A DNA stretch of 64,000 bases from Betaproteobacteria bacterium (GTDB lineage: Bacteria > Acidobacteriota > Vicinamibacteria > Vicinamibacterales > CAVVIG01), in the NCBI GenBank assembly GCA_050257855.1, contig JBLMXQ010000090.1:624-64623 (forward strand). Direction: 5' to 3'. Below, piece by piece: positions 59,160 through 64,000 of this stretch. A program made the translations under genes and the position numbers. The notes below the pieces were generated by a model. That model made no database searches. It was not told the DNA's origin and saw nothing but the letters and a program-made list of their open reading frames with translations. Position 1 is the stretch's first letter. The number at the start of each line of letters is the position of its first letter.

Positions 59160-61646
59160 ATGAAACCTGCGCTTGCGCTCGTTGTCGGGTGCGTCGCTTC
59201 GCTCCCTCTCGCCGGGGCGGCGCAGCAGGCTGCGTCCACTCAGCCGGCCGCGACGTTCAAGGCGGGCGTCGAGCTTGTTCGCCTCGACGTCGGCGTCATC
59301 GGGCCGGACGGCCGGCCGATCCGCGACCTCAGACGGAACGAGATCCAGGTCCTCGAAGACGGCCGGCCTCGGCCGATCCTTTTCTTCCAGCACATCGAGG
59401 CGCCCACGGATCCGTACATCGAGGTGGCGGCGCGCACGGTGGCCGGCGAGGTCTCGACGAATCAGGGCGCTGCCCGCGGTCACCTCTACGTCATCATCTT
59501 CGATCAGGAAAACATCGAGCCCGGCAACGAGCAGCGCGCGCGTCTGGCCGCGCAGCGTTTCGTCCGAACGCACCTGCGCCCCGGTGATCGCGTTGCGCTA
59601 TATGCCGTGCCGGGTCCCGGCCCCGAGCTCCCCTTCACATCGAACGTGTCGCTGCTCATGGCCGGACTCGAGCAGGTCCACGGCGTCGGCGAGACGCAGG
59701 AGATAGGCGTCTTCGGCACGATGACGAGGCACGAGGCCTTCCAGATCGTCCGCGGGGATGACGACGTGCTGCAGCGCGTCGCACAGCGCGATGCCGAGCA
59801 GCTCGCGGGGACGGACGCCGGCGCCCGGGTCGGCCTGAACGCCGCAGGCTCCGGCTCGACGCCCCTCAGCGACCTGGTCCGGGAGGATGCCCGCACCATC
59901 GTCAACAAGGCTGACGCACAGTCGCGGCGCGTGCTGTCGATGATCTCCGACATCCTCGAGCCGATGCGCGCGGTGGAGGGGCGCAAGACGGTATTCCTGA
60001 TCTCCGAGGGCTTCAACGGCGATCACCTGGCCCGAGATATCGAGCGCGTGGCGGCGGCGGCGGCACAATCGTACAGCGTCATCTACGCCATGGACCTCAA
60101 CCGACGCGGGCTCGACGCCAGCGCTGACCTGCCAACCGGCGGCGACCGCGCGGCGTCGGTTCTCGACAAGATCGATCCGCTCGGCAGCCTTGCCGTCGAG
60201 ACGGACGGCGCGCTGATTCCCGACGCGGGCTCGCGTGCGGATCAGGTGTTCGACGACATCGCGGCGCGGTCGCAGGACTACTATCTCGTCGGCTTCACGC
60301 CGCTCGAGTCAGCCCTCAAGGATCCCGGCACGTACCGGCCGATCGCGGTCCGAGTCACCAGGCGGGGAGCGCGCGTCAGCACGCGCACCGGCTTCGCGCT
60401 CGTGGATCCCGGAAAGAGTATCCCCCGGCGAGAGGCCATCGAGCGCGCCATGGCGGCGCCGTTCCCCCAGCAGGGCCTGCCGGTCCGCTATACCACGTAT
60501 GTGCTGCGAAGCGGCAGCCCCGGCATGCAGCGGGTGATTCTCAGTCTCTCCGCCGAGCTGCCGCTCGCGTCGGAACACCTGGTCGCGCCGGCCGACGTCG
60601 TGTTCGTGGTTCGCTCGGTCGCTGACGGCCGCGTGGCCGCCAGCGGTACGGACACGATTCCGCTGCCCGAACGGCGCATCGCCGGCGAGACGACCGGCAC
60701 GGGCCGCTATCACGTGCAGTTCGAGCTGCCCGCGGGAGAGTACCTGATGCGCGCTGTCGTCCGCGAACCGGGCGGCCTGGTGGGCAGCGCCGATCGGCGG
60801 TTCACCGTTCAGGCGCTCGGGGGGCCGTCGGTCACGAGCGGCGACCTCGTCCTCAGCGCCGAGCGCGGCGAGCTGCCGGTCCGGCCGGCCGCCTACGCGG
60901 GCGACGGCCTGAGCGGCGTACTGGAGCTCTACGGCCGCACGGCCGATCAGCTGCGGAACGCGCGGGTGATCGTCGATTTGGCGCCTGTCGGCGAGCACGC
61001 GCCGATCGTCTCGGGCTTCGCTGATCTGGGAAGCGTCGTCGCGGCGGGCTCCGGCGTCTCCCGGGAAGCCCGCATCGCGCTGCCGCTGACCGGTATCGCG
61101 CCCGGTACCTACGTCGCGCACGCGGCGGTCAAGATCGGCAGCGACACGGTCTCGGAGGTGATGCGCGAGGTCGAGATTCGCGAAGGCTCGAGGCCAGCCG
61201 TCGCTGACGACACGACCGAGGCCTTCGACCCGCACGAGGTCGTCAACGGCGCGTTCGCGCGCGACTACGTCGAGCGGACGAAGGACAGCACCGCGCCGTC
61301 GCCCACCGACGCCCGCGAAGGCCTGGCGCGTCTGGCGGCGGCGGACTATCCGGCCGCCATCAAGGCCTTCGATGAGGCGCTCGATGCGGATTCGCAGAAC
61401 GCGGCTGCAGCGTTCTTCCTGGGCTGGGCGTACCATGGCGCCGGCGATGATCGCCAAGCGATCAGCGCCTGGCGGCGCGCGGCGTATATCGATCCGTCGA
61501 TGGTGCCCGCGCACCTGGCCCTAGCCGACACGTACCTGAGGCTGTCTCAGCCCGGTCTCGCCGTCCAGGCACTGCGCGCCGGGCTGGCCGTTCGGCCGCA
61601 GTCACCCGAGTTGCTGGATCGGCTCGCTCGCATCCGGGGCCGTTGA
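59160..61646 (+). CDS. Acidobacterial VWA protein with C-terminal beta domains and TPRs
   Basis: FKAGVELVRLDV, LEDG, GRKTVFLISEG, ETDG, YYLVGF, PAGEY..R.VVR; MIDAS degenerate (DQENI). Confidence 0.85.
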   Translation: MKPALALVVGCVASLPLAGAAQQAASTQPAATFKAGVELVRLDVGVIGPDGRPIRDLRRNEIQVLEDGRPRPILFFQHIEAPTDPYIEVAARTVAGEVSTNQGAARGHLYVIIFDQENIEPGNEQRARLAAQRFVRTHLRPGDRVALYAVPGPGPELPFTSNVSLLMAGLEQVHGVGETQEIGVFGTMTRHEAFQIVRGDDDVLQRVAQRDAEQLAGTDAGARVGLNAAGSGSTPLSDLVREDARTIVNKADAQSRRVLSMISDILEPMRAVEGRKTVFLISEGFNGDHLARDIERVAAAAAQSYSVIYAMDLNRRGLDASADLPTGGDRAASVLDKIDPLGSLAVETDGALIPDAGSRADQVFDDIAARSQDYYLVGFTPLESALKDPGTYRPIAVRVTRRGARVSTRTGFALVDPGKSIPRREAIERAMAAPFPQQGLPVRYTTYVLRSGSPGMQRVILSLSAELPLASEHLVAPADVVFVVRSVADGRVAASGTDTIPLPERRIAGETTGTGRYHVQFELPAGEYLMRAVVREPGGLVGSADRRFTVQALGGPSVTSGDLVLSAERGELPVRPAAYAGDGLSGVLELYGRTADQLRNARVIVDLAPVGEHAPIVSGFADLGSVVAAGSGVSREARIALPLTGIAPGTYVAHAAVKIGSDTVSEVMREVEIREGSRPAVADDTTEAFDPHEVVNGAFARDYVERTKDSTAPSPTDAREGLARLAAADYPAAIKAFDEALDADSQNAAAAFFLGWAYHGAGDDRQAISAWRRAAYIDPSMVPAHLALADTYLRLSQPGLAVQALRAGLAVRPQSPELLDRLARIRGR

Positions 61647-61716
61647 CCGAGGCGCCTGGGGCGGCGAGCGTCGGAGTCGGTTCGCGGCGGGGGTGGGACT
61701 TCGCCGCCAGGAGATC

Positions 61717-63693
61717 ATGAAACTCACCCTCGCGAGTCTCGTCGCCGGTGTAGCATCGATTCTGGTGCCGGCGGGAGCGCAGCCGCCCCCGAACGTGCTC
61801 CTGGTGACGATCGACACGGTCCGGGCCGATCACATCGGCGCGTACGGGTACACCAGCGGATCGACGCCGGTGCTCGATCGACTCGCGCGCGAGGGTGTGC
61901 GCTTCGCCGACGCGACGACGCAGGCGCCGCTCACCGGGCCCGCGCACGCGGCACTCCTGACGGGGATGTACCCTGCGCGATTCAGCCTGCGCGACAACGC
62001 GACCACTCCGGTTCCCCCGGAGGTGGTGACCGTCGCCGAGGCGTTCAAGGCGAGCGGCTACCGGACCGGCGGGTTCGTCGGCGCGTTCATCCTCGACCAC
62101 CAATACGGCTTCGGCAAGGGCTTCGACGAGTTCGACGACCGGTTTGCCGACTTCAGGACGTCGATGAAGTTGTCGGCGCGCCGTATCGGCGGCGAGGTGA
62201 CGGACGCAGCGATCAAGTGGCTAGCCGCCCCGAGCGCCCGGCCGTTCTTCGCGTGGGTGCATCTCTACGACGCGCACGCGCCGTACGAGGCGCCGGCGCC
62301 GTACCGCACCCGGTTTCGGGGAGCGCCGTACGACGGCGCGATCGCGTATGTCGACGCGTGCATCGGCCGGCTGATCGAGTCCCTCGAAAAGAGCGGGCGT
62401 CTCGACCATACGATCGTCTCGGTCATCGCCGATCACGGCGAGTCGCTCGGCGAGCACGGCGAGCAACAACACGGCGTGTTTCTCTACGACACCACTCTCC
62501 ACGTTCCCTGGATTCTGCGGCTGCCGGGCAAGGCGCACGCTGGAACCGTCGTCGGCACGCAGGTGCGCGCGATTGACGTGACGCCCACAATCGAACAACT
62601 GGCCGGCGTGCCGGTCGGGCGAGGCCTCGACGGCGGGAGCGTCGTAGCCGAGATCGGCGGTCGGACTCGCCGCGATCCGCCGCCGTCATACGCGGAGACG
62701 TTCTATCCGAAGCTGCACTTCGGACTGAGCGAACTGCGATCCGTGCGTGTGGGCGACTGGAAGTACATCGACGCGCCCAGGCCCGAGCTGTACGACCTGC
62801 GGAAGGACCCAGGCGAGATCGACAGCCGGATCGGCACGCGCCCGGAACTCGCGGCGGGCCTCTCCGCCGAGGCCCGCAAGATCGAGGCAGCATTCGGGCC
62901 CGAACCGACTGCAACCGCCGTCACGCAGCCGGATCCCGAGACGCTGGCCCGGCTGAGAAGCCTCGGGTACGTCGGCGTCGTGTCGGCCGGCGGCCCCGGT
63001 CGCGGAGAGGATCCCAAGGACGCGATAGAACGCCTGGAGCGGCTCGGCGAGGGGCTGTCCCGCGCGCAGCAGATGCTGGGACGCGGTCGAGCCGAGCAGG
63101 CGGTTCCGATTCTCGAGCAGCTGCTGAAAGAGAACGACCGGTCGTTCGAACTGCACCTGACACTGGGGGATGCCTACAGGGAGACCGGGCGACCTCGTGA
63201 GGCGATCGACGAATATGCGGCGGCGAGCCTTTCGAATCCGCGTGCCGCCGTCCCGCTCCTGGCAGCGGCCCGCGCGTATCTGGCCGTCGGCGACGCCGCC
63301 CAAGCGCGCGAGAAGGTGGAAGCCGCCGAGCGGCTCGAACCGGAAACGAGCGACGTGCACGTCGTGCGTGGCATGATCTACGAGCAGGCGGGACGAGGGC
63401 CCGAAGCGCTCCGGGAGTACCAAACGGCCCTTCAGGCGAACCGCTCGAACCCCGAAGCGCGCGCGCGTGTGGCCGGTATGGCGCTCCAGCTGGGCCAGCT
63501 CGATCTGGCCGGCGAGCAATTCCGAGCCCTGCTCCAAATAGGGTACCGGCCGTCCCGGATGCATTTCGGGCTGGGCCAGGTGGCGCAGCGCCGGGGCGAT
63601 TTGAAGCGCGCGGCAGCCGAGTACCGCGAAGCGTTGCGCCTCGAACCGGCGTTTACGCCGGCCCAGACCGCGCTGCAATCGGTGGAGCGTTAG
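61717..63693 (+). CDS. Sulfatase-like (Thr) plus TPR protein, paralog 3
   Basis: IDTVRAD, LTGPAH, HLYDAH.PY, ADHGE, LRSLGY, TPRs; AGGAG SD. Confidence 0.88.
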   Translation: MKLTLASLVAGVASILVPAGAQPPPNVLLVTIDTVRADHIGAYGYTSGSTPVLDRLAREGVRFADATTQAPLTGPAHAALLTGMYPARFSLRDNATTPVPPEVVTVAEAFKASGYRTGGFVGAFILDHQYGFGKGFDEFDDRFADFRTSMKLSARRIGGEVTDAAIKWLAAPSARPFFAWVHLYDAHAPYEAPAPYRTRFRGAPYDGAIAYVDACIGRLIESLEKSGRLDHTIVSVIADHGESLGEHGEQQHGVFLYDTTLHVPWILRLPGKAHAGTVVGTQVRAIDVTPTIEQLAGVPVGRGLDGGSVVAEIGGRTRRDPPPSYAETFYPKLHFGLSELRSVRVGDWKYIDAPRPELYDLRKDPGEIDSRIGTRPELAAGLSAEARKIEAAFGPEPTATAVTQPDPETLARLRSLGYVGVVSAGGPGRGEDPKDAIERLERLGEGLSRAQQMLGRGRAEQAVPILEQLLKENDRSFELHLTLGDAYRETGRPREAIDEYAAASLSNPRAAVPLLAAARAYLAVGDAAQAREKVEAAERLEPETSDVHVVRGMIYEQAGRGPEALREYQTALQANRSNPEARARVAGMALQLGQLDLAGEQFRALLQIGYRPSRMHFGLGQVAQRRGDLKRAAAEYREALRLEPAFTPAQTALQSVER

Positions 63694-63786
63694 CGGATTC
63701 TTTGGTGGAAGCGCCGCCGCACGCGAGTGCGCGCGGCGACAGGCGGCCGGGGCGGGGCCTCGCCGCGAAGTGAAGATGAGGCTCAT

Positions 63787-64000
63787 ATGATCGCAGCATT
63801 TCTCATCGCCCTGACGATGGCGCCGGGACAGGCTGCCGCGTCCGGCGCCGTTGGGCTCGGACAGGCCCAGAGCGTAATGGAGATCGACAGCAGCAAGATC
63901 AAAGGCGAGCCGCTTCGGCTGGCCTGGTCGCCCGATGGTACGGAACTCTTCCTGATGAGTGCCGAGCGCGACAGGACGGGCAGCTTGCGGCCCTCGAAGA
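63787..64000 (+). CDS. Exported hypothetical protein, 3'-truncated by window edge
   Basis: GAGG SD; MIAAFLIALTMAPGQA...LAWSPDG, open to the window end. Confidence 0.65.
   Translation, partial: MIAAFLIALTMAPGQAAASGAVGLGQAQSVMEIDSSKIKGEPLRLAWSPDGTELFLMSAERDRTGSLRPSK

Overview
High-GC bacterial chromosomal window. The gene content (Acidobacterial-type VWA proteins, sulfatase-like/TPR proteins, M14 peptidase) suggests Acidobacteriota, probably Vicinamibacterales; this is an inference. It holds: the end of an arginine operon (argD-argA-argJ-argF); an acyl-CoA ligase; a metal-ligand-less MBL-fold protein; an acetamidase; a cupredoxin; a minus-strand MFS/hypothetical/SSS/M28 cluster; pxpA; a DGQHR gene heading rfbBAC; M14 and DUF5916-like genes; YtrA-type GntR plus SPFH; FTR1; cyaY; tryptophanase; proline racemase; HDAC-like and OCD-like genes; a type-A cytochrome c oxidase operon in the order I-III-IV-x-x-II; tRNA-Glu(CTC); a cupredoxin-like/ctaA/ctaB/DUF420 operon; a beta-lactamase-NamZ fusion; and three Thr-nucleophile 'sulfatase'-TPR genes with a VWA-TPR gene. 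I saw no transposase, integrase, phage gene or CRISPR array. Best leads: (1) an unannotated ~100-nt structured sRNA with its own sigma-54 promoter, upstream TGT-N10-ACA site and terminator (16196-16412); (2) the TxPxH 'sulfatase'/TPR/VWA cluster, which looks more like a phospho-transfer system; (3) an orphan DGQHR gene apparently co-transcribed with dTDP-rhamnose genes; (4) candidate copper/electron-transfer partners of the oxidase; (5) GTAG-REP clusters and 7-9-bp tandem repeats, some translated within proteins; (6) many apparently leaderless genes. All calls come from reading motifs by eye; no searches were run.
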